In this document: positions 24,865 through 38,563 of the stretch, piece after piece
Layout of the letters: each line of letters opens with the position of its first letter
Numbering within the stretch: position 1 is the first letter of the stretch
DNA from: Vermamoeba vermiformis
Taxonomy: Eukaryota
Assembly: GCA_045837725.1 (NCBI GenBank)
Contig: JBEWZL010000124.1
Span: 248,001-312,000, forward strand
Reading direction: 5' to 3'
DNA: 64,000 nucleotides
Translations under genes and position numbers: made by a program
The notes under the pieces: generated by a model
Databases searched by the model: none
Seen by the model: the letters and a program-made list of their open reading frames with translations, nothing else
Told to the model about the DNA's origin: nothing

Positions 24865-27124
24865 TTAAGAGCTATCATCACTTCCGCTGCCAGAATCGGA
24901 GTCATCGTCCTTAGAGACCTCAGAACTCTCGTCAGAAGAATCAGGAACCATCAAAGTAGTCGGGGCCTTGGGAGTCTTGGCCTTTTGTTCAGAAGAAGAC
25001 TCGTCGAAGGCAATGACGTTGGCGACCGGCTGACCGTCATTGTGAGTAGGATTGCCCTAAAAAGGAAATAAGATTAGTACAAATCTTCCATACCGCAATG
25101 GTTCTGGCACTAGTAGATGCTGATAAACAAAGCTAACGATGGATACTTACGGTAATGACAATAGGTTTCATGGGCTGTTCGTCGTCAAACTCGGTCAACA
25201 AAGCGCGCTCAGCGGCCTCACTGACACGCAAGACTTTGCCGGCCTTCAAGATGAACCACATACCAATGGACCAGGCAGCACCCCAGCCGATGATAACCAC
25301 GGCCTGGAGGACTTGAATAGCCAGTTGTTGGCCACCTTGCTGTTAACGCGAGTTATTACAAAACTGATTTTTTCAAGGTCTAATGTTGGATCCAAACTTA
25401 CGCCCAAGAACAAACCACCGTGAATAGTGTTTTTGCCATAAGCAGCGTTGATAAGAGGAATATCGGCGAATAAACCAACCGACAAAACACCCCAAAGACC
25501 ACCGCCCAAGTGTACGACTGAAGCGTCGATGGGATCGTCAATTTTAAGTCTGTTTTGATACATGCGCGAGACCCAGAAATAAACCCAAGCGGAGACGACT
25601 AATAATTATAATTAATATTATTGAAAATTAAGCTGAATTGTACGTACAGCCAATAATAACGGCAGCCCAAGGTCGGACGACGGCGCAGGGAGCGGTAATG
25701 CTGACCAATCCGGCCAAAGTAGCGTTCAAAGTGATAGGAAGGTTCCAATCTTGCATGAACAATCGCTAAGAGACGGTAATTAATTAAACTAATAATTCAC
25801 TAACGTTGCATTAATTTCCTTAATATTTTAAATAATTCCTACTTACAGCTAAGGCTAAACCAGTAATACCAGCAATAGCAGGAGATAACGTAGTGTTTAC
25901 AACGACAAGCGAAGAAACCTCGTAAGCTGTAAAATTGAATCAAATTAATTATTTTCTTATTTTAGAAATTGATCCCGCGTTTGTTAATTACCTCCATTAA
26001 TCAAAGCCAAAGTTGAACCACCGTTGAAGCCGTACCAGCCGAACCACAAGATAAAAGTACCCAAGGTCATCAAAGGAATGTTTGAAGGCTCGAACTCCGA
26101 AGCACGACGAGGGTTGAAGCGATCGATACGAGCACCGACGATGATAGCACCTAGAGCAACATTTAATATTGATTCATGTTGCAGAATATAATTGAAAGCT
26201 TACCAGTCAAAGCGCAAATTCCTCCAGTCATGTGCACAACACCACTACCCGCGAAGTCAATGACACCGTTGCCGTAAAGAGGATCGGATCTGAAAGCGCT
26301 TAACCAGCCAGCGGAAGCCCAGCACCCTTAATTAAAAATATTACATCAGTTAAATTGATTATTCATGATTTGCGATTTGTTCGCGACATCTGTGCGCTCG
26401 GTGGATTTCGAAACTTACAGTGAGCAATGAACGGGTAAACAATTGTCGCGCATATGGCGCAAAAGATCAAATAAGCTCTGAAGCGAGTTCTTTCGGCCAT
26501 CGCACCAGATACGATAGTAGTTGAGGCGGCACAGAACGTCCACTAGAGAATTATGAGCTTAGACCAACCGTAAAAATAGGAAATAATTATTGCTAACCTG
26601 GAAGAACCAAATCCAATAAGATCCGGGGGTAGGAGAAGTCTCCCAATCCGTGAACACGAACCATTGAGTGCCGATAAAGCCATTAGGCCTGTCGGGGTGG
26701 TCTCCAAAAGCAATACCATATCCCACTAGCCACCAACTGAGTGCAGTCACGCACGGACCAACGACGTTCTTATTAATAAAATTATTCAGATCTTTAGCCG
26801 TTGCGTAACAATTTTAAAAATAAAAATCGATTTTTAAACAATACCAACCTTGAGCATGATACTAATTTCATGTCTTCTTCGGACACCTCCTGTTTCAACC
26901 ATGACGAAACCAGTTTGCATAACTAACGTCAGGAGGTTAATCCACAGTAACTACGGATTAGTTCGCCAGTACTTACAGAAGACCAAGAAACCGGTTAGCA
27001 GAGTCCATCCTACGTTAATAGACACTTCGTCAGCGGCAATTTTAGACTCGAGTGCGCCTATTCTGTCTTGCAGGCCTGCCACGATACCGGCAAGCTCATC
27101 CAGCGACGTTACATTCAACGCCAT
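24865..27124 (-). CDS. amt: Ammonium transporter (Amt family)
   Basis: [52 protein letters not shown] motifs. Confidence 0.95.
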
Positions 27125-27348
27125 TGTTTGTTCGTACTTTTAATTGATGTGTTTCACAAGTTAGTAGTAAAATAAGTTTTATCATGGAGTGTTCACAAAA
27201 AACAAAATCTTTAGTGATAAAACCGGTCTAATTATGGCAAAGTCAATCTCCCCATACATCTCGACGTTATGTATTTTGCATGCGCCGGCAAACTTTTATA
27301 TTCGAGCACGTTCGATCATAGGAAGACAACAACTGATAAACATCAGCG

Positions 27349-28883
27349 ATGTTGAAGAACCCTGAGGAAAACGTAAGCTCTACACTATCCGCTAATGATT
27401 CCGATTGCTCACGCCCTTGTTTAGCCGATTCGTCCGACGACGATCTTCAAAACAAAGCAGCCCATTAAAAGGTTGAAATTATTCGATAATTTGTTAGTCA
27501 GCTCAAGTGCAGATAGCAAGTTGCGTGTTTGGAATATTAATGATCGAACCGGAGTTCTCGCTCCTGCAGCAACTCTCAAAGGCCACACAGGGCCCGTAAC
27601 AAAGATTAAATTACACGATGGCTTATTATACACTTTAAGCACACGAGACGAAGTATTGCGCTCTTGGGATCTGAAGGTAATCAGGATTATTTAATTTCTG
27701 TCGGATTTATTTAAAAAATCAATATTCTTATAAAATCGTGGTTATTGCGTAAAGTAATTAATTCATATTATGGCATAGACGAACACCCAAGTCAAAGCCT
27801 TCAAAGGCCACAGCAAATACTTAACGTCGTTCGTCATCGACAACAAAGACAACACAATTTACACCTCGTCATTTGATCACCTTATAATTGCATGGGATAT
27901 GAAGGTATGCATAGATATAAGCTATGAACGCAGTAATTTCAAATATAAACATTATATGTGCTCCGGAATCGCTTTACGCCCAATCGGAATTTTTGATCGG
28001 ACTTTGCGACCGGGGTAAATAAATCATTTCTCTGACACCTGTTTATTGCAGACCGGCGAAGCCAAGGGTGCCTTTAAGGGACACGAGGACGGAGTCACAT
28101 CGATCAAGCTCGCAGACGATTTCTTGATTTCATGTTCTGCCGACAAAACCATCCGAATCTGGACAAAGAAGGCAAGTCTCGGAACTCAATTCGCCAAATG
28201 AGAGTCAATATCTAACAAGTTATTATACAGACTGGTCAGTGCACGAAGATATTGCACGGACACAGCAGCTTCATTTTCGGTATGCACGTAGATGGAGGCA
28301 AGATCTACAGTCATTCCCAGGACGGTACAGTGCGTATTTGGAACATTAAGGTAAGTGACTTATTTGGTAATTTTTCGTTGTTCCCTCGCAATAATCCACG
28401 ACTAATCATTGCCGTAATTCTTCAGACCGGAGAGCAAATCCAAACTGTGGAAGTCGGTTACCCAGTTATCAACATGAAGGTCTCAAAGAAAACACTGTTT
28501 ACTCAAGGTGCTAAGCAAGTCAACTCTTTCTCGCTCAAAGGAAAAGAGTCCGATGTTTACGAAGGTCACTCAGCTCCCATCCTTTGCTCGGTGTTTTACA
28601 AGAACTACTTCTTCACGGGAGCCGCCGACGCGACGATTCGTGGTTGGAGCTGGAAGGTAAGTCCATGTCTTAGTGTCGGCGCATTCCTGTGCCATTTTTA
28701 AAGCTCGGAACTAACCCCGATCTGCAGCGAGGAAAACAAGCCCACTTGTTCCGCGGACACGAGGCTGCCGTTAACAGTGTTGTCGTTAAGGATAACTGGT
28801 TGTATTCCGGTGGTCAAGACGGAAGCATTATTCAATGGAAGAACGAAGTTTACATGAAGGAAGAGCACGGTGGATGGGTGTAA
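27349..28883 (+). CDS. WD40-repeat protein
   Basis: About seven GH...WD/WN/WS repeats across exons; GC-AG intron 28172-28230. Confidence 0.88.
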
Positions 28884-29107
28884 CCTGCTGCCTTGATATT
28901 CCCTGTATTATAGTTATTAATTTTGTCTTCGTTTGTGCTATATTTTTTCCTCGCCCTCCTTGTAATAAAGTAAATATTTTTCGAGCTAGGAGAAATTAAT
29001 ATGATCGAGCCCGCCAGTTTTAGATGAGAACAAAATTTTGAATCCTGTGACCGTTTTTTGTCTTTATGTTGACACGAAGCCGACCACATTAGATTTTTAG
29101 AACAAGT

Positions 29108-30551
29108 ATGGCAACCAAAGGTATGTGGTAGTTGGTTTACTAAGTTCGATCGACTGAGCGCATCGACAGAACTTACCGCCTACGAAAAGCGTCGATTGGA
29201 AAATATCAAACGAAATGAAGAGCTATTAGCTCAGCTGGGTATCGATAAAGTCAAAGCTGATATTGCAGTGGAAGATGACGATTCTAATTCAAGGTAATTA
29301 TTATCAGCGTATTATGGATATTTATTTCTCGCGTCAATAGTAAAATTATAACGCCGTATAGATTACATAACATGCAGCTATAATTGATAATTTATTAGTG
29401 TGATTGGCAAAAAGCGAAAGCTTGATCCTTTGGAGAACGGCAAACGCCGAAAGGAGGGTAAGAGATGCGCTGAATAAATTAATTTAATTTGTTATTAATA
29501 TCAAATTAAGCGAGGACGGGAACAATTACAAGCCCTGGTCGAGTTTCTTCGCGGTTACGTGGTTTACCGCCAGATCATCCCGAGGGAATCCAAGAGGAGG
29601 ACGAGATTGAGGCCGAAAAGCTAGCCAGAAAAGTCAACGGCAAATCTGCTCCTAAGAAAAAGAAATCTAAGGCCCATAAGGTAATTTAAGTCGTTTTCTC
29701 GTCGATCGCATCCCTAATTCTTTTAGCCTGACTTCCAAACACTCATTTCTCCTATGGAATATTGGGAAAAGAAGAATAAGAAGCCCAAGATTGTAGTTGA
29801 CGGACATTTCAAAGGCTGGGTCAACCCTGAATACGTCAAAAAGTATAACCTTCCTGCAACTGAGGTTGATTTGAATACAAAGGACGGTGAGTGAAAAATA
29901 TCACTATAGTATGAACCAAGTTTACTTATTCAGCTTAAAGACGATAAAAAGAAAAAGAAGGGAAGCACAGTACGTGTCAGTGCGAAGGATCGGTAAGTTT
30001 CTTTGAGTTGTCCAAGCGGATAACATGCTAATTAGTTATTTATAGTGCTGCTGGACTGTTACACAAAAATCCTAACGCTTATTTCTACCGCCACAACGCT
30101 CCTGGGTAAGTGCACCATTGTTCGTGACTTTGTGAGAAACGCCTTAGGCTTAATATTGTTATTATTAGTGTTTCGCAATCAATGGGCGAATGGTCTGGTG
30201 AAGAATACGAATTATTTGTCTCTATTGTTGAGAAATATGGCGCTGGTGACAGATGGGGTAAGTTCGTGTGCAGATGCCCAGTCATTCGCTACGCGTAGTT
30301 TGGTTCTTATTTGCATTTTATTAATTAATACCTGTATTTTAGGATTATTCTCGAGTTATATTCCTCATCGAGTCGGCTATCAGTGCGCTAATTTCTATCG
30401 TTATTACGTATTGCCAAAAGGAGAGATTGTCGATCCGAACTACTACTTCACACCTGATGGCGAAGTGGTGTATGTGCCACCTAAAGGCAAGACGGGCAGT
30501 ATTGTACGTGTTGTAGAAGAGGAAGAGTCGTCAAGTGCAGCCAACAATTAA
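29108..30551 (+). CDS. Myb/SANT-like nuclear protein
   Basis: N-terminal YEKRRLENIKRNEELLAQLG helix, Lys-rich NLS-like tracts, C-terminal NPNAYFYR..GEWSGEEYELF..WGLFSSYIPHRVGYQCANFY. Confidence 0.7.
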
Positions 30552-30738
30552 TTTAATAATTTGTATTGTAAATAAAGCTTTGTTAAGAATAAGCCATGAT
30601 TTTGAAAGCGACGTTAAGTTAATATTATATGATGCACATGTAAACTGCTTTAAAAGCGGATGCAAGTCAAGCTGTCGGAAATTATGAACATTCAAAAGAC
30701 GTTTTTGATACACTACACCACATGAGGCTATTTTAACA

Positions 30739-33700
30739 ATGTCATCGACGAAAATGGGGAACCAACCGCCAAACGGACAAAGTCAAGATAATACTAGCAA
30801 GCCTGGTAGTGGTCGAACAAGCAAAGATCTGGGACACCGAGATCCAGCTGCAGAAGAAAATTATGGAAATAAAAATGAGCCAATTGAGGAGGAGCCGGAA
30901 GAGGGTTCAATGTTTTCTGGCTTGGATGTGAACGACGGAGATGGCGATCGAGACACCAAGGAAAAAGAGGAAGGGTCAATTTTTAATCAATTATCTGTTG
31001 GTGAAAATACAGAAGATGGAAACGAGAGCTCTATGTTCGAGTATGTATATTTAATTAATGGCAATAATAATTTTCAAACCAAATTTCTATTTTACGAGAT
31101 CGAAGGTCTTGCTCCCTTACGATATTTACTGATGTAATATCATTAAAAAATTAATAATTTGCTAATATTAATTTTTATAGTGGAATGAACGTTGGAGCTG
31201 AAGATGCGTCCAGTCCACGCGGATCTGCCTTCGATTTTATCTCAAAGTCAGACCCAGACGTTGAAATAGAAACAAGCATTATTAGCGAGGAAAATGCCGA
31301 AGAATCAGTTTTTAGCTTTTTAAATAAAGCCAAGGAAGGGGACGAATCATCGAGTGATACTGTAATTACAATCGTAATCATTTCCTAATTAAGAGATCAC
31401 GTGCTAACTATTTGCAGGATGCTGGAGAGTCTGAAGAAGAGACTGTTTCTGTTCCTGTAGTCAATGAAAAGAAGCCTGAGTCCGTCAAAGCCTCGGAGCC
31501 CAAGCAAGATTCGACACCAAAATCTCGTGTCCAAGTTGAGGTGTCAACGCCAGAAAAGACCAGCAACAAGAGCCCTGCGGCAGAAGTGAAGAAAACTACT
31601 GCGCCAAGCACTCCCGTAATGTCTAGCACACCTGCAAAGGCTCAAGAGAAGCAGCCCACGAAGACTGCTCAGACCAACTCTCCCTTCGCGTCACCTGCTA
31701 CGCCTATCAGAGTTTCTGTATTCGAAGCTAACAGTCCTGAAGCCGAATTAGAATATCAATTGAGCGAATTAAGTGACAGTTTGAACGAGTACGCGACACG
31801 CTTGCAAGGAGTGGGTCAGAAGTTATTGCTCGCAGCCAACACTCGTAAAGAGTTACTTTCTAAGATTATGAAGGTATTATACAGACCTACCAACCGAAGT
31901 TAATCTAATGTATTGATTTAGACACAACGCGCAATGAAAGATGTTGAAAAAGCGGAGAGCAAAGCGTCAAAGGAAGAACTCTACGAGGAGGCTGCGGAAC
32001 TGAGTCTAAAGGCACAAAGCATGAAAGAAGACATTGCAAATTTCGAGTCGCAAATTAGCGATCAAGAAGACTTGATTATTGATTTGGAACTCGAGAAGAA
32101 GACCATTGTGCGCGAAGAGTTGAAGCTGCGAAAAGCTCAGCAAGCCAAGTTGACTACATTAGAGGTACGTCTTAGTATAATATATCCCTCTAATAGTAGT
32201 TCTTACGGTTCATTTAGAGCAAGCATTCATCGCTTCTGAAGCAGTACTTGGAGAAGACCAAGAGCCAACGTGCCGACCACGAGGACAAGATTAAGTCTAT
32301 CACTGATAGCATTAAGAAGGGCTTGAGGTACGCAGTAAATATATGCTGCAATTAACAGTTTCTAACATGCCTTTGTGTAGCCACATTGAGCTTGACGAGA
32401 AGATTCTGAAGGAGAAAGAGTCACGCATGAACGAGTCTATCGAGCAGCAAACAAAACCGTTCCTTGACGAGCGAAACACTTGGGCTGATAAAAAGACAAA
32501 AGTTCAAGCTGAGATCGAAGAGTTGATGGAGAAGCTGAAAGCCAAGCAACAAGAAGAGAAAGAAATCGATTCGAACATGCAATCGGTGGAAGACAAGATT
32601 ACCTACGTTAAATCTAGGTTCCAAAAAGAGCTCGACAAGTTGGAGAGCGAGTGGAGTTCTATCAAAGAGCAGCGTGATCAGTTTGAGAAGGACAAGGTAC
32701 GTGTACTCGAGCGGCGGAGTTTAGGTTAATTTTGACGTTTTGCACAGCTGGCTCTTGAAGTCGAAAAGAAGCGTTGGGAACAAGACTTCCAGCAGATTGA
32801 AACAAAAGAAAAGCAGCAGAAGAATCTGTTCCAGAAGATTCAACAAGAAGGCTCGAAGAACACTGCTGCCATTTCAACTCTCGAGCATTTGAGTGCTCCT
32901 AATCGCACTAACGGAACCACATTGGTGATGCCATTGACTAAGATCAAGTCCTCTGCTAGCGGTGGTCAATCAACCGAAAAACTTCGTGCTGAGTTGGTCG
33001 AACAAGAGACTGCTATTAAGGAGTTGGCAGCTCAAGTCTTGGCCTCGCAAAAGCAAATTATCTCGTTGAAGCAAGGCATCGCTGCTATTAACAACGATAT
33101 CTTGCCTAATTTGGAAAAGAACAAGAAGGTTGCTGTTGCTGGCAGACAGTTCAAAGAGGCCAGTCAGTTCCAAAAGGAGATCAAGGACGCCAATACAGAG
33201 CTCGCTGAAAAAGAAGCCTCGTTAAAAGAGTTGGAGCAATCCGTCACTGTTATGAACGATGAGCTCGCACAACGCGAGGAGCAATTGCGTGGCACATCTG
33301 AGAACTTGGCCAAGGTCGAGAGCGAAGTTGACATGAAGCTTATTGAAGAGTTCAGCGCGGCTATTAGAACCCTGCGGGCTGATTTGAAGTACGTAACTGC
33401 CTTATCCTGTTTAGCAGAGGCAATCTAACGTACGTTTTGCAGGGAAAAGAAATACAAAGACAAGACCGAAGAGCAGTTCATGCGTGTTGAGCTCGAGGCG
33501 TTGAAGGTCCAATTGATCAACATTAAGTTGAAGCATGACATGCCCACAGAAGAAGACGAGAAGCCCGAGAAAGAAGACGTTCCTGAGCCTAAGGAAGAAG
33601 AGAAGCCCGTGCCAAAGTCACCTGTCGTCGAAGAAAAGGAACCTGAAGCTGAGGTTGTCGCTGAACTTGAAAGCACGAGCCTCATCCCGACCGAGAATGT

Positions 33701-34260
33701 GTGGAGCAAAGACGATGCAGCCGTTGAAAGTAGCACCATTGAGATTGCCGATGAAGAGACTGTCGAAGATAAGAAGGAAGAAGTAGAGCCTCAGGCTGAA
33801 GAGACCGGTGCGGATCCAGCTGTTGATCCGGATCAAACTGTCGAGGGTGAGAATAAGGACGATGTCGAAGTCACTATTGAAGAAGGAGAAGGCGGATCAA
33901 GCTTGTTTGATGGTCTTGCCGTTGACGCTGAAGAAGAGAACGTCGAGCCACAGCCGGCACAAGAAGAGGATCCCGAGGCCAAACGACAAAAGTTACTTGA
34001 CGAGAAGAATAAGGAACTCGAGGGTTATAGACAACAACTTCAGGACTTGGAAGCCAAGCTAGAAGATGTTTGTGCGCGAAATGAATACGAAGAAGCATGT
34101 AAGTACCTTCGTTCAGCCTTCACTTTACAACACTAGATCTACTTCCGAAATAATCACAACGGACACTAATATTTATATCATTATAGACATCATCGATACC
34201 GAGATAAAAGAAGTAAATACGAAGATTGAAGCAGTTCAGGCTGAAATCCAGGCGATCTAG
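30739..34260 (+). CDS. Large acidic coiled-coil protein with UVR-like motifs
   Basis: E/K-rich heptads over several exons; motifs KEELYEEAAEL, AGRQFKEASQF, RNEYEEA. Confidence 0.75.
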
Positions 34261-34742
34261 GATCGCCTTGTTCACTGAACTGGATCCGCTTCGATTGTAC
34301 AAAATAAGATCAGTTCATCGCACAATTAATTATAATATATAACATTATCGAACTGTAAATAAACGGATCTACTACTTGCATGAGATACAAGCGCACTAAT
34401 GTCAACTACATCCAAAACGTTACCTCCAAATATTATGCAGTTGAAGCTATTGAATGTGCCTCGTATTTTCTATTTGTGTCATATTATGTTACTTTAGCAA
34501 GTTGAGCTGCTTCAATTGTTTCGCGTTCGATCCAGCTGATTTTTCGTGATGGAAATCAGGGTTTATTTGGCATTAGAAAATATTGTACCGATAGTATATT
34601 ACATCGTGAATAGCTAGAACGTTATATATAGTGGTGACGAAGCGATTCTATCAATTGTTTTGAAATCTGGCACAAAAAAATTATGAGCCTAAAAAATACA
34701 TGCATAATTAAATTAAATATTAATTACCTCTTGACACATCAT

Positions 34743-35159
34743 TTAAAGTCGCTTAGCACAGTCATTGAAAATTTCCTTTTGTTTAGCGCACTTTGAAAGG
34801 CTAATTCCTTGGACATCCAAACATTCCGCGTAGTTATCAAATTGTTCGCCGCATTTTGATTGCAAAACCTTCAACCTAAATAAAATAATTAATAAAAAAT
34901 CAAACGGATATTTTTAGTGATTTTTGAAAATATTTTTGGATTTGGTAAAAATATTAGTATCTTTCTATTAATCAATCGAATCGTACATTTTAGCTCCACA
35001 AGCAGACAATTCATTGCCAAGCTTATAGCAAGCAGCGGGGTCTTGGTCCTTGGCTTTGCATCTCATAAAAGCGTCTGATGCAGATTGGCACTTTTGGTTC
35101 AAATAATCGTGAGAGGCCAACAAATAAGCACTTGATACGAATCTAAGGTCGTCACCCAT
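34743..35159 (-). CDS. NDUFA8: NADH dehydrogenase subunit NDUFA8-like (four CX9C motifs)
   Basis: CQSASDAFMRC, DPAACYKLGNELSAC, CGEQFDNYAEC, CAKQKEIFNDC; one intron. Confidence 0.85.
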
Positions 35160-35564
35160 TGTGTTATATTATTTTAATAAAGACGTTGGTTGTCTCTTGA
35201 GTAAACAAAACAAATAAAAATTTAGATCTCGCTTCTGTCAAATCTTATCAACACGCAAAGAGGACTAAGCACAAAGTAGCAATATATTAATTTCGAGGAA
35301 TTAATTGCAAATTAATTCAGTAGCTCTGGGATTGTGTTGGTTGTCCTACGGCGAATCTGGTAAGGCAAACCATTACATTATTCAATCCTGAACTTCATAA
35401 CCACTACCGAGGTAACAATTCATACTATTCAGTCTCAAGTGGTCTCGTTGTGTTGCGATCCATTTGTGAAATTTCAAAAACTAGTCGTTGCGTGCAAAAA
35501 CAATTTTCTGCGAAGTCTTTCTTAGTTGAATTTACTTTTATTATACACCACACTAGTCGTGCAA

Positions 35565-37816
35565 ATGGGTATTACCGGTCTTGCGAAGCTAATCGCCGAT
35601 AATTGTCCGAAGGCGATCAAGGAAGGACAGATCAAGCACTATTTTGGCCGCAAGATTGCTATTGACGCGTCTATGTCGCTTTATCAATTTTTAATTGCAG
35701 TGCGGCCTGACGATATGAATGCATATACTTTGATGAACGAGTCTGGTGAACAAACAAGGTAATTATTTTTTGATAATTTCACGATCCTCTTAGAAATCAA
35801 TTTTGAACGTCACAACGATCATAATAATAATCATAACAATATTTATAACGAAATATTTATACACCTTTTATTATTCAGTCATCTTCAAGGCATGTTTTAC
35901 CGCACAATCCGTATGATCGACAATGGAATCAAGCCAATCTTTGTTTTTGATGGCAAGGCGCCTACTTTGAAGACAGGCGAGGTATGTATTGATATTATTA
36001 TGCGAGGCTTCAAATCCTCACCTCTGATCGTGCAAAACTTTTTTGAATTTTGGCGGGATCCTGCTAACTCTTCGACAGCTCGCCAAACGTACCAAGAAGC
36101 GTGCCGAAGCTACCGCCGAGTTGACAGAGGCTAAAGAAGAAGGTTAGTAGCATTGATCAAGCTTGACGATCGAATTTATTCTCAACTTTTCTCGCATCTT
36201 GCAGGTGACAAGGAGGCAGTTGCTAAATTGAATAAGAGAACTGTGCGCGTTACTTCTAAGCATAATGACGAAGCTAAGAAGCTTTTGAGACTTATGGGCG
36301 TCCCTGTCGTTGAGGTAAATTATTTAGTGATTTTTGAACCGGATCCTTTTTGCCTGTTCTTTGAGATTTGTGGCTTAATTATATTATTATATAGTCTCCT
36401 ACTGAAGCTGAGGCTCAATGCGTCGAGTTGGTCAAGCACAACTTGGCTTATGCTGTCGGATCTGAAGATATGGATACCCTGACCCTTGGCGCTCCTAAAT
36501 TGTTGAGGTATGTCATCTAAATATGCCTACTAGCGACTATTATACGAGATCTAATGTTATATTAGACATCTGACTTACTCTGAGCAACGAAAGATGCCGA
36601 TCTTCGAAATTCATTTGGATAAAGTTCTTCAAGGCCTTGAATTGAGCATGGATTCTGTAAGTAACACATTATAGCTTATTATCGTATATTTAACAATCCT
36701 CGCTTTATTTTTTGTAACGGATCCTAACCGAGATCTTCAGTTTATTGACTTGTGTATTCTGTTGGGCTGCGATTACTGCGATACTATTCGTGGTATTGGT
36801 CCTAAGAGAGCATTACAATTGATTAAGCAATATGGAGACATCGAGACTATTTTGAAGCACCTCGATACCAAGAAATACACCGTGCCCGATAACTTTCCTT
36901 ATAAGGAAGTCCGTGAGCTGTTTAAGGCCCCTGATGTTAAGAAAGGTGCTGATATTGCTAGCGAAGTAAGTTAACTATGTTTACTGGACCGAAGAGAATA
37001 GTCGTCGGATCTGCTCTGTTCAGTGGACAGTTTCTCATTTCCTTATTTAGATTAAATGGACTGACCCTGATGAGGCTGGTCTGATCGAGTTCTTGTGCAA
37101 AGAAAAAGGTTTCAGCGAGGATCGTGTTAAGTCTGGTACGTTATATTATGCCACTAAGTGCACACCAGACACGGGTTCAATTTTTTTAATGTTTGGATCT
37201 ACCCACTTTGAGCCTCCCAATCTTAGTCATAAATACTAATGTCGTTAATATAAAGGTATTACTAAGTTAAAGAAGGCCAAGGGAGCCGTTCAAGGTCGCA
37301 TTACATCGTTTTTCAAGACTCCTGAGCCCGAGGCACCCGCACCAAAGGGCAAGGGCGCAAAGGGTGCAGCTGCTAAAGGCGCGAAGGGCAACGCAAATGT
37401 CAAAAAAGAAATCAAGCAGGAAGAAAAGAAAGAGGAAGAGGATGAATTTACACCTACTAAGCCTGAAGATTTCAAGCGCGTATTTTTAGGCGATGATGAC
37501 CATATGGAAGAAGACGAAGATGAAGACCCTGATGCTCATACTACGAACACCAACACTAACAATAATAACGAGAGCAGCGGATCCGTTGAGGTTAAGAAGG
37601 AAGTCGTCGTTAAAGAAGAGGAGAAGCCTAAAGAGATTCATCCATTTTTCAAGAACAATAGCAAGAAGGTAAAGTTTTAGTAGTGTATGGCACCATAGAT
37701 CTACTATTATAGTAATATATTTCATCGATTGCTGACCGTTATTTTAGAGACCAGCACCTGAGTCCGATGAAGATGAAGGCGATACTCGCGAGACTAAGAA
37801 GAAAAAGACTACTTAA
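35565..37816 (+). CDS. FEN1: Flap endonuclease 1
   Basis: [59 protein letters not shown] box QGRITSFF. Confidence 0.97.
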
Positions 37817-37899
37817 ATGAAGTGTTTGCTTGTTATGTCGAGTACTGTGAATCGTTTGTTTTAATAGTAAATAGACTTTTATTTTGCGTAACTTATGCA

Positions 37900-38111
37900 G
37901 TGCACGATCAATGTTGTGTGCCAGGCAGCGGATTACTTCGTTCCTTGAGGAGAGGGAATTGGGGGAAATGCTTGGCCCTGTGGCAGTTCCAACAGCTCCG
38001 ACCAGTGTGCCCGTCAAAGCTCAACCTCCCTCGGCAAAAACTTCAAGTGCCGCTAAAGTGGCTGCTATTACGGCGTCTACTTGCTTGTCACTCCTGTTTT
38101 TAGTTTGGTAA
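37900..38111 (+). pseudogene. 3' remnant of the Kelch-EGF gene
   Basis: PVAVPTAPTSVPVKAQ...CLSLLFLVW matches the C-terminus of the 59278-60911 gene; EGF portion eroded; no 5' part. Confidence 0.8.
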
Positions 38112-38563
38112 TTCGAAAGAATAAAAGAGTTTAGGTCGAGCGAGTTGGGTTTATCAGAATATTCATACATCATTGACTCAGTTAATAACTAAGAGCAAAG
38201 CGATCAATGCCAACGAAGCAATGTTCATTCCAGCACTTGATGTTACGCTTGTTGGACCAGCCGAAGAAGCACTTGGTTGATTGTCTGGTTGATTCCCTGG
38301 TTGATTTTCGCCTGCAATTCCCGATCCAGGAGGATTGACACGGGGATTGTAAGGAGCCATACTAATGATACGTATTATTAATACAAGCGGCCTGACGTAC
38401 ATTAAATGTCGAAGCGTACCTGAAAGTTGGATCTGATTGATAGTCTGCTGGTAAAACCTGTGCAGCACTACTGGTGGACAACCATTGCCAAGCAGAGTAG
38501 GCCTCGTTGTCTTCAGGGAAGCTAACTTGATACATGACTAACGTCATAATGCCGAGTTGATTT
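37900..38563. repeat. Left arm of an inverted segmental duplication (partner ~58818-59520)
   Basis: Reverse-complement match including GTGGCAGTTCCAACAGCTCCGACCAGTGTGCCCGTCAAAGCTCAA, the intergenic spacer and the last intron. Confidence 0.9.

Noticed and set aside
34743-34800. Suspected frameshift in the NDUFA8 last exon
   Set aside because: On recount the frame is intact and gives the fourth CX9C
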